From Escherichia phage 236Ecol005PP, in the sequence record PP434423.1: a stretch of DNA of 64,000 bases, one strand, 5' to 3'. Shown here piece by piece: positions 23,965 through 33,302 of the stretch. Position numbers and translations under genes: made by a program. The notes under the pieces are model-generated. The model was given only the letters and a program-made list of their open reading frames with translations, was not told where the DNA came from and searched no databases. Numbering within the stretch: the stretch's first letter is position 1; the number at the start of each line of letters is the position of its first letter.

Positions 23965-23995
23965 GGGGACCTTTCGGTCCCCATATTTTTATTTA
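23965..23995 (+). terminator. intrinsic terminator after gene 54
   Basis: GGGGACC-TTTC-GGTCCCC hairpin plus T-run. Confidence 0.6.
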
Positions 23996-24279
23996 CGGAA
24001 TGAAATAAAAGCAGCAACTGAAGCAACTAAACTGTCTTCAATATAAACTTCAATTTTTACCGGAGCTTCTGACTCAAATTTACCTGTTACTACACCTTGG
24101 AAAATACTTTCAGTCTGTTCTGGCTTTGAAAAATTTTCAGAAGGAAAAATTCCGAACTTTTTATCTGTTCCAAAAATTTTGATAAATTCATCATAAACTG
24201 CTTCATTAAAAGCATTATCAGCAGGAATAACGCCTTCAACTACAAGTTCTTGACCTAAAAAGCGCAAAGAAGATTTCAT
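23989..24279 (-). CDS. hypothetical protein (96 aa)
   Basis: ORF starting 8 nt downstream of the promoter/SD cassette at 24288-24340. Confidence 0.55.
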   Translation of the reverse strand: MKSSLRFLGQELVVEGVIPADNAFNEAVYDEFIKIFGTDKKFGIFPSENFSKPEQTESIFQGVVTGKFESEAPVKIEVYIEDSLVASVAAFISFRK

Positions 24280-24287
24280 TTTGTGTT

Positions 24288-24340
24288 CCTCATGTTATGT
24301 CAGTAAGATTACTATAACACAACATGAGGGACTTGTAAAC
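24288..24340 (-). promoter_or_regulatory. T4 early-promoter-like cassette (-35 GTTTAC, -10 TATAGT) inside an inverted repeat that contains the SD
   Basis: - strand reads GTTTACAAGTCCCTCATGTTGTGTTATAGTAATCTTACTGACATAACATGAGG; inverted repeat CCTCATGTT/AACATGAGG; second copy at 38143-38195. Confidence 0.55.
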
Positions 24341-24697
24341 TACATTTTGAACTTTTTAGTACGCGTAATAGGCATGCGTCGATTTTATACTGTTTCATTG
24401 TTTGAAGAGCAGTATCAAAAACAGCATTAATGACACCAATTGGATTTCCGCCCAAGTTTTTAAGCTTAACTAATGATAGTTTCTCATTAACACCTATCAT
24501 TACGATATGCATCATTTTATCGCCCGGCTTAACGTTTTATTCGTATCACCGCCAGAGGTGTATGTACAAAATCTAAATCCAGGAAGCACACTTTCTTCAC
24601 CGGCTTGAATAGCAAAAATTTGAGGTATTTTATGCTTAGGATTTAAGTTAACAACCGGCGCCGAAGCGCCGTCAAATAATTCTGTAATAAGTTCCAT
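24312..24697 (-). pseudogene. frameshifted paralog of the Alt N-terminal region
   Basis: Track ORFs 24512..24697 and 24312..24515 together align with Alt residues about 2-125 (MELITELFD...KIPQIF...GFRFCTYTSGGDTN / MMHIV...KQYKIDACLLRVLKS) in two frames. Confidence 0.65.
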
Positions 24698-24700
24698 GAT

Positions 24701-26752
24701 TTATCCTTGAACGAACTTGTAAGGCATGTTTGCAATATCTATGCAAGACGCAATAATTCCAAGAGATGATTCTGCTTTCTGTTTAACATTTGATGAAACA
24801 AACGATGCAAAGTCAACTCTATCTTCTATATCACCTGTCATTGTAACCAATTCACCAGTTTCCATTAAACGGTCACCGTCATAAATTACCGATTCGGTGA
24901 GTTCTTCTGTGGTCATAACTTCAGCTTGAATAAGCTTGTTGTTAGTTCTAACTGTTCCATCGTTGTAAGATGCATCAGTTATTTTATTAACTTTGACCAT
25001 TAATCCACGTGGCAAAATGACTTCCATTTCATTTGAAGGCGCTAAACTTCCACCGGGTAAAACAACATTGACTTTATCAGCCCCAGTAATAACCCATCCA
25101 ATTCCAACTAAATTATCGCTAGAATTTACAAGTCCTTCATCAGTTTTATCAATAGAAACACTTAAACGCTTTTCGTCTGGTAAAACACCCACAGATGAAT
25201 CAGTCATCCAAGTACCAAAAATATTTGGATATAATGATGTTGACACAAAGTTTCTAAAATAAAAAACTCGATTTTTTACCATTGCTTCGTATATTGAAGG
25301 TAACATTCGTTGTGAACGATACAAAGTAATACCTTTTGGTAATCGTTCACCATTTTTAAAGGCTGAATCTAAATTATCAATGGCTTGTTCTATTTCAGGT
25401 GCTGTTAAAATACTTGTACGCTCATCTGGATTATATAATCCCAAAAGAGCATTATTCATGTCTACATATCCTGAACCTACATATTCACGAATTCCGCGTT
25501 TTTGCGCTGGTGTGTATTTAGATGAATCTTTATTTTCGACTATAGGATGTAATGACCATCCAGCGGTAAGAGCATATCCACGTAATTCTCTTCGAATAAT
25601 CTTTGTTTTTATTGCATTCCAAGAATTTTGTACTAACTCATTTGCAGCATCTTGGTTTAAATGCGAATGTCTGTTAATATTTCTTTCAAACCAAGCACCT
25701 TTATATTTTTCTAAAGTATCATCGACGATAGAAGCAATAGTTTCTAAAGTTTTTATTGAAGTAATAGATTCTTTTCGTAATTTTTCTAAAGCTTTATTTT
25801 TTATTTCTGCATTAATAATGGATTCTTTATCTTCAGGAATTATAGAAGCTTCTCTGAATGCCATCCCAGCTGTAACACTGCTAAGAGCATTCTCTAATGC
25901 AAATCCTGAAGTAGAAATAACAGTTAATTCGTTAGCATCAGAAATTAAAGGCGCGTCGGCGGGTTTATTTAATTCTGCTGCTGAAGCCTCAAATTTTTGA
26001 AACATTGGTGTTTCAAATCTAGAAGATTCCAATGACTGACTTTGTGCAATTGCTCTACGGGAAATTTTAACTTTAACAATAACAGCTTGGTCAGAACGTT
26101 TATCATTTTCTTGCGCAATAGATGCAGCAATTGCCTCATTTTTAGTTACTTGAGCTCCAGTATCTTTATTGATATAAACATCACCGACCTTCGATTCAAC
26201 TTTAGTAAAGAGCTCGGTGCTAATTTCCGGAACTCCTGGAATGTCTTCTAGTGATACATTTTTGCGATGTATAAGAATATATGCATACTTTTTATCGTAA
26301 TCCCAGAGTTCCTTAAGAAGGACGTATCTGCCACCTGAACGACTGCGGATAAGTCTATCAGCAATAACTTGAATTTGTCGAGCTTGACCAGCAGTTTTAG
26401 ACTTAAGAATACGAAGCATGCAGGCATCAATTTTATACTGACGCATCGTTTGCATCGCAACAGTAAAAACTGAATTGATGTAATTAATTGGGCTTGGACC
26501 GAGACCTTTTAATTTAGCAATTGAACCTTTAGCAGTTAATGTAAAAGGAACGATGTGCATCATTTTATCGCCCATCTTTAAATCACGGTTAGTATCACCT
26601 CCAGATGTATAAGTACATAAACGAAAGCCTGGTTGTTCTATTGCGTCATCAACATGAACTGAAAAAATTTGTGGTATTTTCTTCTTTGGATACAAATTTG
26701 TAATCGGAAGAGTAGTATTTTCGTCAAATAATTCTGTAATAAGTTCCATCAT
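24701..26752 (-). CDS. alt: ADP-ribosyltransferase Alt
   Basis: 683-aa ORF in T4 alt position between gene 54 and DNA ligase. Confidence 0.8.
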   Translation of the reverse strand: MMELITELFDENTTLPITNLYPKKKIPQIFSVHVDDAIEQPGFRLCTYTSGGDTNRDLKMGDKMMHIVPFTLTAKGSIAKLKGLGPSPINYINSVFTVAMQTMRQYKIDACMLRILKSKTAGQARQIQVIADRLIRSRSGGRYVLLKELWDYDKKYAYILIHRKNVSLEDIPGVPEISTELFTKVESKVGDVYINKDTGAQVTKNEAIAASIAQENDKRSDQAVIVKVKISRRAIAQSQSLESSRFETPMFQKFEASAAELNKPADAPLISDANELTVISTSGFALENALSSVTAGMAFREASIIPEDKESIINAEIKNKALEKLRKESITSIKTLETIASIVDDTLEKYKGAWFERNINRHSHLNQDAANELVQNSWNAIKTKIIRRELRGYALTAGWSLHPIVENKDSSKYTPAQKRGIREYVGSGYVDMNNALLGLYNPDERTSILTAPEIEQAIDNLDSAFKNGERLPKGITLYRSQRMLPSIYEAMVKNRVFYFRNFVSTSLYPNIFGTWMTDSSVGVLPDEKRLSVSIDKTDEGLVNSSDNLVGIGWVITGADKVNVVLPGGSLAPSNEMEVILPRGLMVKVNKITDASYNDGTVRTNNKLIQAEVMTTEELTESVIYDGDRLMETGELVTMTGDIEDRVDFASFVSSNVKQKAESSLGIIASCIDIANMPYKFVQG

Positions 26753-26801
26753 ATCCTCTCTAGTGTTTATTCTATTTATAAAATTAAAGGCCCGAAGGCC
26801 T

Positions 26802-26990
26802 TTAATAATCTAATGGTAAGAGAGTACGATATATTTCAAACTTTGGCCCTTTTTCATAGGCATCAAATGTTTCTGAAAATTTATTATAAGCATATGCATC
26901 TACAAATTCGAGAATGATTTGTGATACAGAAGTAGAAACATCTCCACCTTCTTTTTGAGCAATGACAATTGTTTCTAAGTAAGCTTTCAT
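26802..26990 (-). CDS. hypothetical protein (62 aa)
   Basis: ORF coupled to stop of ligase gene. Confidence 0.45.
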   Translation of the reverse strand: MKAYLETIVIAQKEGGDVSTSVSQIILEFVDAYAYNKFSETFDAYEKGPKFEIYRTLLPLDY

Positions 26991-28450
26991 AGACCAGTTA
27001 CCTCATGAAAATCGCCAAATACATCCTCGAATGTATTAGCTTTAGTTTTATCTTCACGTAAACGAATCGCAATCGGAAGAAATAATTTAACGTAATCAGT
27101 GCGGCCATCAGATTTTAACCAACCATTGCATTCGCACTCTAGAATTTTTCCAATATAATAATTTTGGTTTTCCATAATGCGAGTACGGTCAAGTTCATGC
27201 GATTTTACACCGGCTTTATCTTTTAAGCCTGAACCAGCATTTACTTTAATTTTTCCACACTCTGACTCAAGAATAAATCCACCTGCTTTAGTAGGGTCTT
27301 TACGGTGAGGATAAATTCCTACAATTTTTAAATCAACATCAATTACTTCTTTAAATTTATAGAGATTTTTTGAACGAGCATTTTCCCATAATCCATCGAT
27401 ATTTTTGAGAATAATACCTTCAAGACCTTGGTCAATATACTTTTTATAAATTACCTTAGCTTCATCTAGGTTATTTACTACCTGGTTTTCAATTAAAATT
27501 ACTTTATCATAGCCTGATGTCATTTGTTCTAGTTTAGAAAAACGTACATCATATTTCAAACGAAATGCAGGAAGACCGTATATTTCTACCAACGGGACAT
27601 AATCCCAGACCTGAAACTTCATGCATTGAGCTTCTTTTTCAGAAATGGTTCCCTTTAAAGATTTATTGGCGATGCCATTAGATGCAGTACGTGATTCAGC
27701 TACTTCTGTGAAGTCTTTAACTTTGCTGTTTTCAGGATGAGCATCAAAAAGAAAATCTAGGCCTTCTGGCTCCTTTTTAACTTGCTCATGGTATACCAAT
27801 TCGCCATCAATTAACACACCTTCTGGATGAATCTGGCGGGCTTCAGCAGTCATTTTGATTAACTCTTCCTTAAGAAGATCTAATCCTAGATATTCATTAC
27901 CGGCTCGTGATAAAAGACGAACATCATCTAATTCATCACCTCGGACTTCAGCAAAACACCGAGCTCCATCTGCTTTTAACTGTGCAAAGGCTGGAAACTT
28001 AATATTCTTATTAATGCCTTTTTCATCATAAGAACTTGCCAGCATTTGAGGTTGTTCAGGAATTAAACCTGACCAAACTTTGTTTGCAATAGATACTGAA
28101 GCACCGCATTCAAGGTCTCGCATCATAACTCGACGCAAAACTTCAACATCATTCTTTTTACCATCAGTGATATATCCAGTCAATTCCTCAATTGCAGCAT
28201 TTCCAGTCAATTTCCGAGTAGCTAATGTGAATTCAATGAAGTCAAGCATATCGGTAAGAGTCAACATTCCAAAACTCTGGGTAGTAATACCAGGTTTAGG
28301 CCATTTCTTGATATAATACTGCAACCCACGAGAATAAGTCAGACGATATACTCGTTTAAGCAATTCATTATCTTTATTCTTTTCAAGAATTGCTTGCTTC
28401 TGCTTAGTTGAACCAATAGATGCTATTTCGTTCAGAATTTTAAGAATCAT
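26987..28450 (-). CDS. 30: ATP-dependent DNA ligase
   Basis: 487-aa ORF with ligase motif I (KADGARC); T4 gp30 length. Confidence 0.9.
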   Translation of the reverse strand: MILKILNEIASIGSTKQKQAILEKNKDNELLKRVYRLTYSRGLQYYIKKWPKPGITTQSFGMLTLTDMLDFIEFTLATRKLTGNAAIEELTGYITDGKKNDVEVLRRVMMRDLECGASVSIANKVWSGLIPEQPQMLASSYDEKGINKNIKFPAFAQLKADGARCFAEVRGDELDDVRLLSRAGNEYLGLDLLKEELIKMTAEARQIHPEGVLIDGELVYHEQVKKEPEGLDFLFDAHPENSKVKDFTEVAESRTASNGIANKSLKGTISEKEAQCMKFQVWDYVPLVEIYGLPAFRLKYDVRFSKLEQMTSGYDKVILIENQVVNNLDEAKVIYKKYIDQGLEGIILKNIDGLWENARSKNLYKFKEVIDVDLKIVGIYPHRKDPTKAGGFILESECGKIKVNAGSGLKDKAGVKSHELDRTRIMENQNYYIGKILECECNGWLKSDGRTDYVKLFLPIAIRLREDKTKANTFEDVFGDFHEVTGL

Positions 28451-28716
28451 TATTCATCCTTCAGAGTTTGGTTTACAGCTCTATTATAAATCAATTCATC
28501 ATTAAGCTCAGTCAAAGACTTATGATATGTGGTTCTAACTTTATTTCCTTGCATCCAGTGCTTGATATAAATGAAACCTTGCTCTACACATTTTTTAAAA
28601 ATTCGTTCGTCTTTTTGAGCTCGGAACTCTGGATTGCATCTAAAAAATTGATTTACGTGACCGTAATCACGTGTAGTATTACCTTCATTTTCATAAATAG
28701 TGTGAACAACAAACAT
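28450..28716 (-). CDS. hypothetical protein (88 aa)
   Basis: ORF coupled to neighbours. Confidence 0.5.
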   Translation of the reverse strand: MFVVHTIYENEGNTTRDYGHVNQFFRCNPEFRAQKDERIFKKCVEQGFIYIKHWMQGNKVRTTYHKSLTELNDELIYNRAVNQTLKDE

Positions 28717-29579
28717 TAGAATGCTCCTTGAAAAATATTATCACCACTAGTAAGTCTATTAAAATACCCTGCGTCGCCAGGCTTAATATAACTCCACGTG
28801 TGGAATGGATTCATATGATACGGGTGTGTATAATATGGATTATATGGATGTGTATAATATGGATGATATGGATTTAATCCAGGCGTTCTCCAGGTAGTGT
28901 TCCAAGGAAAAGAATCGTTTTTAACCATCTTCTCAATTACATCTTTTATAGCTTTTTCACTATCAAAACTTTCTTTATTTTCCTTTGGTGAAAAAAGCTT
29001 ATTCTCTACATCGTTCCATGTATAAACTCGCTGTGCAGTTTTTGGAATATTGTCACGCTCTCCTCGCGCCATCCAATAAACAGGAACATTTAATATTTCA
29101 TTCGCATGATCGCAATGGTGAGCAAGATCGTCAATATAACAAATTACGTTATATTTCTCTTTTGCCTTTTTGAATAACTCTTCTTTTGAAGAATCATGAC
29201 CACACATCATTACTTCTGAGAAGGCACCAGGAAAAAGAGCATTCAAATTAAATTGACGATTCAACAGAGCGTCAATAGAATCACCCAATGCTGTAACAGC
29301 TACAAAATTATAATCTTCTTTTAATTTGTTAATTACACACAGAGCATCTTTATACGGAGACAAGTAACGAATAAAATCTGAACGATTGTATTTTTCAATT
29401 AACTTGACGCCAAGTTCTTCATCACAATTAAATAGTTTACCTGGAGAAATAAATTTCTCATCTTGGATCATTTTTAAAATATGTTCTAACGGAAGATTAT
29501 ATTTCTGAGCAAAATAAGGAAGGCCTGATTGCCAGCTTAAACATACTCCATCAATATCAGTCAAAATAGTTGGCTTCAT
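28716..29579 (-). CDS. HAD-like hydrolase with Tyr/Pro/His-rich C-terminal repeats
   Basis: N-terminal LTDIDGV (DxDG) motif; C-terminal PYHPYYTHPYNPYYTHPYHMNPFH encoded by short direct DNA repeats around 28790-28880. Confidence 0.55.
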   Translation of the reverse strand: MKPTILTDIDGVCLSWQSGLPYFAQKYNLPLEHILKMIQDEKFISPGKLFNCDEELGVKLIEKYNRSDFIRYLSPYKDALCVINKLKEDYNFVAVTALGDSIDALLNRQFNLNALFPGAFSEVMMCGHDSSKEELFKKAKEKYNVICYIDDLAHHCDHANEILNVPVYWMARGERDNIPKTAQRVYTWNDVENKLFSPKENKESFDSEKAIKDVIEKMVKNDSFPWNTTWRTPGLNPYHPYYTHPYNPYYTHPYHMNPFHTWSYIKPGDAGYFNRLTSGDNIFQGAF

Positions 29580-30040
29580 AGAGAGTCTCTTAATAGGTTT
29601 AACACATCAATAAATTCAGCTTCGGTTAGTATTGTATCATCTTTTGTTAGACCACTAGCCATGCTGTGCTTCAAAACTTTTCCTTTCGAGGCTTGTAATG
29701 CATCGCGAAAGCCCTTGTTTTGGAACGCTGCTTCAAAATATGCATTTGTGTATAATTCTTTCCACGCCGGAGAGTATCTTGAAAACGGAACTCCAAGCCA
29801 AAAGAGGGTCCCACGGTCCTGAGCTCTAGCATAAGACCTTCCAGCTTGTTGGGCGGCAAGCCCGGATAACCCAAATATACGACGCTGTTGTTCAACATTT
29901 TTCACCTTGCATCCTTGGAGGAATCCTTCGAGACCTCCAAATTGAATACCATCCATAACGAAAGGCCATTGGGCGAAATTACTTAATGCGCATGATGGCC
30001 ATCTAAAATTGCTTCTTATCTCTAACTCAGACATTTTCAA
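29576..30040 (-). CDS. hypothetical protein (154 aa)
   Basis: ORF coupled to neighbours. Confidence 0.5.
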   Translation of the reverse strand: MKMSELEIRSNFRWPSCALSNFAQWPFVMDGIQFGGLEGFLQGCKVKNVEQQRRIFGLSGLAAQQAGRSYARAQDRGTLFWLGVPFSRYSPAWKELYTNAYFEAAFQNKGFRDALQASKGKVLKHSMASGLTKDDTILTEAEFIDVLNLLRDSL

Positions 30041-30233
30041 TACTTATAATTTCAACATCAGCCCAATGACCATAGCAAGGAAGACGAAATTCAACTGGCC
30101 AGTTAGGGTCCTTTTCTAATATAATAGACTGAACTTGTGGCTCTTCATGTTCATCGGTATACGGACCTTTATACGTTACTTTATATGTGACCTTAATGTA
30201 CTGAATTCCAAAAATCTTATTAATTATATTCAT
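30027..30233 (-). CDS. hypothetical protein (68 aa)
   Basis: ORF in compact early operon. Confidence 0.4.
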   Translation of the reverse strand: MNIINKIFGIQYIKVTYKVTYKGPYTDEHEEPQVQSIILEKDPNWPVEFRLPCYGHWADVEIISIENV

Positions 30234-30427
30234 ATTAATTCCTTTAATCCATAGATAGGAGATAATTCATCACCCATACGAAGGTCTTCATTTCCATCTA
30301 CCCAGGAAACAATATAAGCCTCTTTTATTTGAATACCACTCCATTTAAATGGAGGTAGAACCTTAGAAATTAATCCAGGTATACCAACTCCCTTTAATTC
30401 AACAGTTTGACCCGAAAAGAATTTCAT
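30230..30427 (-). CDS. hypothetical protein (65 aa)
   Basis: ORF in compact early operon. Confidence 0.4.
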   Translation of the reverse strand: MKFFSGQTVELKGVGIPGLISKVLPPFKWSGIQIKEAYIVSWVDGNEDLRMGDELSPIYGLKELI

Positions 30428-30714
30428 TAGAACCTCATCTGAAAACCATGCGATTTAACATTACCGCCGCCAATATCAGAAATGTTAATTTCGCGCGCAA
30501 TTGAAGGGTCAATGTCAATTTCACGATTGAGTTTAGTGATAGCTAAAGTATCGCGTCCATTTACAGTACGGAACTCTAAAGGGCAGACTACATTAACGTA
30601 GTTTTTAATCGATTCACTGATAGGTTGCAAATGAGCAGGAAGGTCTTTAGGTGCCTTAGAGAAAACCACTTCACAGAAATTTTTGCGGGTATCAAAATAA
30701 GTAGTCATAAACAT
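30427..30714 (-). CDS. hypothetical protein (95 aa)
   Basis: ORF in compact early operon. Confidence 0.45.
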   Translation of the reverse strand: MFMTTYFDTRKNFCEVVFSKAPKDLPAHLQPISESIKNYVNVVCPLEFRTVNGRDTLAITKLNREIDIDPSIAREINISDIGGGNVKSHGFQMRF

Positions 30715-30755
30715 AGTATTTTCCTCAGTAAGGGGCCGAAGCCCCTCATTTTATT

Positions 30756-31121
30756 TTAAATATCAAATTCGTTAAGAACTACATCAAAGATCGCTTCAAG
30801 ATGCTCAGGTTTAGCTCTGTTACTCAGAATATGACGAATCCAAGTTTTAACCAGAAGCTTACGATTGACGCCATTCCAGCAAGGATGAGTCCCTAAATCA
30901 CGTTGACGGAAATCATCATCTAATGCGATTTTAAAAGAAGAACCTTCTTTCGTGATTGAAACCGTGATGCCATTTTCAAATCGCATATAAACGTAATTAG
31001 GAGTCATATACTGTTCAATTTCGCATACTGATCCATTTTGATGTTTCCAAAGGCAGATAGTATCAATAGAACCTGCAATACCGTTAGAAACATATTTACG
31101 TTCAAAGTTGATGTAGTTCAT
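30756..31121 (-). CDS. hypothetical protein (121 aa)
   Basis: ORF in compact early operon. Confidence 0.45.
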   Translation of the reverse strand: MNYINFERKYVSNGIAGSIDTICLWKHQNGSVCEIEQYMTPNYVYMRFENGITVSITKEGSSFKIALDDDFRQRDLGTHPCWNGVNRKLLVKTWIRHILSNRAKPEHLEAIFDVVLNEFDI

Positions 31122-31189
31122 TTTTATTCTCCGAGATGTTTAATTGCGGTACAGGTATATAATATCATATCCTGTACCAAAGTAAACAA

Positions 31190-31522
31190 TTATTTTACTA
31201 CTTTCCATTGCTGCATGTCAAGTTTACCAACTTTTTTCATCTTCTCAATTAAGCGTTCGACACGTTGGCGAGCTGTAACATAATACCATTCACCCAATTC
31301 ATTTTGTTCAATTTTTCCAACGATTACTGTATTCAATTCATAAATCCAACCAGTAAAGAAATTATGAACTTGAATTGTAAAGGTGAAATCTGTTCCCATA
31401 CCTTCTGTTGTTTCTACTTCAATAATATCACCTTCAACTGCCATTAAGAACCACATAGTTTCATCATATTTACCATTGAAGCATTTAATTTTAACTGTAG
31501 CGTTCAGATTAATCGTTTTCAT
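31190..31522 (-). CDS. hypothetical protein (110 aa)
   Basis: ORF in compact early operon. Confidence 0.45.
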   Translation of the reverse strand: MKTINLNATVKIKCFNGKYDETMWFLMAVEGDIIEVETTEGMGTDFTFTIQVHNFFTGWIYELNTVIVGKIEQNELGEWYYVTARQRVERLIEKMKKVGKLDMQQWKVVK

Positions 31523-31597
31523 TTTATTCTCCTTTGTTTGTGTAAGATAATACTATTACAAAGGAACCATACTGTAAACAACTTTGTGCAATCTTTG

Positions 31598-31628
31598 GAA
31601 AATAAAAAAGGACTCCCGAAGGAGTCCT
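31598..31628 (-). terminator. intrinsic terminator after the 72-aa basic-protein ORF
   Basis: AGGACTCC-CGAA-GGAGTCCT hairpin followed by T-run on the - strand. Confidence 0.55.
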
Positions 31629-31632
31629 CAAC

Positions 31633-31851
31633 TTATGCTTTCTGCTTACCAAAACGAGAAGCATCATCTCGAAGAACCGCACGTGCTCGGCGCATGATCT
31701 TCTCAACAGTTTGATTGATACGAGAGTTCGACCCACGCTTGTAACCAGCGCGTTTAGAATCACCAACTTTCTTTTCAACTGCTTTCTTTGCTTTAGCTTG
31801 TTTTGCCATTATAAATTCTCTTTTAAATGAAAATGCAGGACTTATTGGCAT
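31633..31851 (-). CDS. small basic protein (72 aa; true start may be internal Met)
   Basis: Lys/Arg-rich ORF (MAKQAKAKKAVEKK...). Confidence 0.45.
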   Translation of the reverse strand: MPISPAFSFKREFIMAKQAKAKKAVEKKVGDSKRAGYKRGSNSRINQTVEKIMRRARAVLRDDASRFGKQKA

Positions 31852-32205
31852 TGCCTGCGCAAGCCCTCAAGGGGAACATAGGTTTTGGATATTTAACGAC
31901 AGGATAACCATAAACCCGTCATCATACCTTATAGCTCTTATCTGTTGCACACCGTTAGCTTAAAGGTTCCGGGTCCGATTTCTCGAGGATAAGATATATA
32001 CTGATGGATATATAGGCCTTGAGGCGTACTCCCGATTGGCCATCACCTCGGGGTAGCATGCACTTGCCGCTATAAGAATAACATTCAAGAGGTACACCGT
32101 AAAACTGCCGGGGTCTTAAAACTATAATGATTCGCAAATCATTAATCAGACAGTTCGACGGCTCCTCGATTTTAGCTCACACTAAGGCAGTGACTCTCCA
32201 ATAAA
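31852..32205. other. GC-enriched non-coding island with long-range complementarity (candidate structured RNA or intron/mobile remnant)
   Basis: About 350 bp without credible ORF, visibly higher GC than flanks; complementary segments CCTCAAGG (near 31866) and CCTTGAGG (near 32028); GGCC...GGCC palindromic ends. Confidence 0.4.
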
Positions 32206-32454
32206 TTACTTCAGTGTTACCACAAAGTGACGAACTGCTTTTCGTGCGGCAGAAGCCAGAGGCTTAGCATACTTAAGTTCATCTTTTTCCTGGAGCTCAG
32301 CGGCTAATGCAGTTTGAGCAGGATTCAGATGTTTGAAATAACGCAGGATTTCAAGAGCTTCGGCTTCAACATCAATAGATGCGCCATAGTTTTCGTGACC
32401 ATTATTCCATGCGTTTCGTTGCAGTTCAAGAGCGTGTTGTAATTGTTTAATCAT
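32206..32454 (-). CDS. rIII: lysis-inhibition accessory protein rIII
   Basis: 82-aa ORF, size and position of T4 rIII. Confidence 0.7.
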   Translation of the reverse strand: MIKQLQHALELQRNAWNNGHENYGASIDVEAEALEILRYFKHLNPAQTALAAELQEKDELKYAKPLASAARKAVRHFVVTLK

Positions 32455-32601
32455 TTAAAAATTCTCGTTAGAGATTAAAACTCGGTAGTCACGTTCTTCT
32501 GAATTTCATCTTCTTTCGACAGATCTCTCAGTTGTAGACTACCACATAGAATTGTTCGGTTAACTTATTATTCCGACACCCAATTCATATTATTATTTAT
32601 A

Positions 32602-32937
32602 TCACTTATAAAGACACGGAATAGCTTTATAGTGACAGGTAACAAATTTTTGTTTAATTTCTTTTGGCTGCTTAAGACCCAGAGCTACAAAAGGATGAGG
32701 AACATTTCGAATTTGACCAACTGGAAGAGAAGTCAAATCACCAACTTCGCAGAAACCTTCAGGAACATCAGGACCAACAGAGTGAACTACACACAGTTCA
32801 GGAACTTCACCTTGGACACGTTTACCGATAATAAGTCCTGATTCTGTAACTTCTTCATCGCCGGCTTGTGCAGGTTCAGAAACTAAAATAACATATTCAC
32901 CGACAGCACGAATTGGTAGCTGTTGTACTTCAGACAT
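32602..32937 (-). CDS. 31: co-chaperonin (GroES homolog) for capsid folding
   Basis: 111-aa ORF, T4 gp31 size/position. Confidence 0.8.
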
Positions 32938-32993
32938 CGTTTTTCCTTTTTGTTAACAGATGAATTAATAATAACAAATAATTCTTAAAGCAT

Positions 32994-33302
32994 TTATTTA
33001 CCAATAAATTGAAGCAAATGCTCAACTTTCATACCATTAACGGAAATCAATTTGTCAATAGAAAAACCTCGCCATGCACCTAGTTCAACATCAAATACTG
33101 GAATCATATCAGTAGATTCTTTCCGAGTAGATTCAGTCAATTTACCGGTTTGCATGGTTGGCATAAAGTCAGCATCACGAGTGCCTTTCATAGTACGAAT
33201 AGTACCATCAGACTTTTCAAAAACCACGTTTGAAATACCCATGGACAATTTAGTTTTCAAAATTTCACGAATTGCTACTTTCTGTTCAGTTGTCAGTTTC
33301 AT
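32994..33302 (-). CDS. hypothetical protein (102 aa)
   Basis: ORF between gene 31 and cd. Confidence 0.5.
   Translation of the reverse strand: MKLTTEQKVAIREILKTKLSMGISNVVFEKSDGTIRTMKGTRDADFMPTMQTGKLTESTRKESTDMIPVFDVELGAWRGFSIDKLISVNGMKVEHLLQFIGK

Noticed and set aside
25380-26000. 206-aa + strand ORF inside alt
   Set aside because: Antisense to a well-supported 683-aa alt ORF; no start context; composition looks non-coding.
30720-30750. GGGGC-CGAA-GCCCC hairpin between two - strand ORFs
   Set aside because: The T-run follows the hairpin on the + strand only, where no gene is transcribed; more likely an RNA stability or processing hairpin than a terminator for the operon, so not called.
31852-32205. 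Considered a tRNA gene or tmRNA in the GC-rich island
   Set aside because: I could not find a cloverleaf with a canonical T-arm (GGTTCGAnTCC-like) or acceptor pairing by eye; left as unassigned structured region rather than calling a tRNA.
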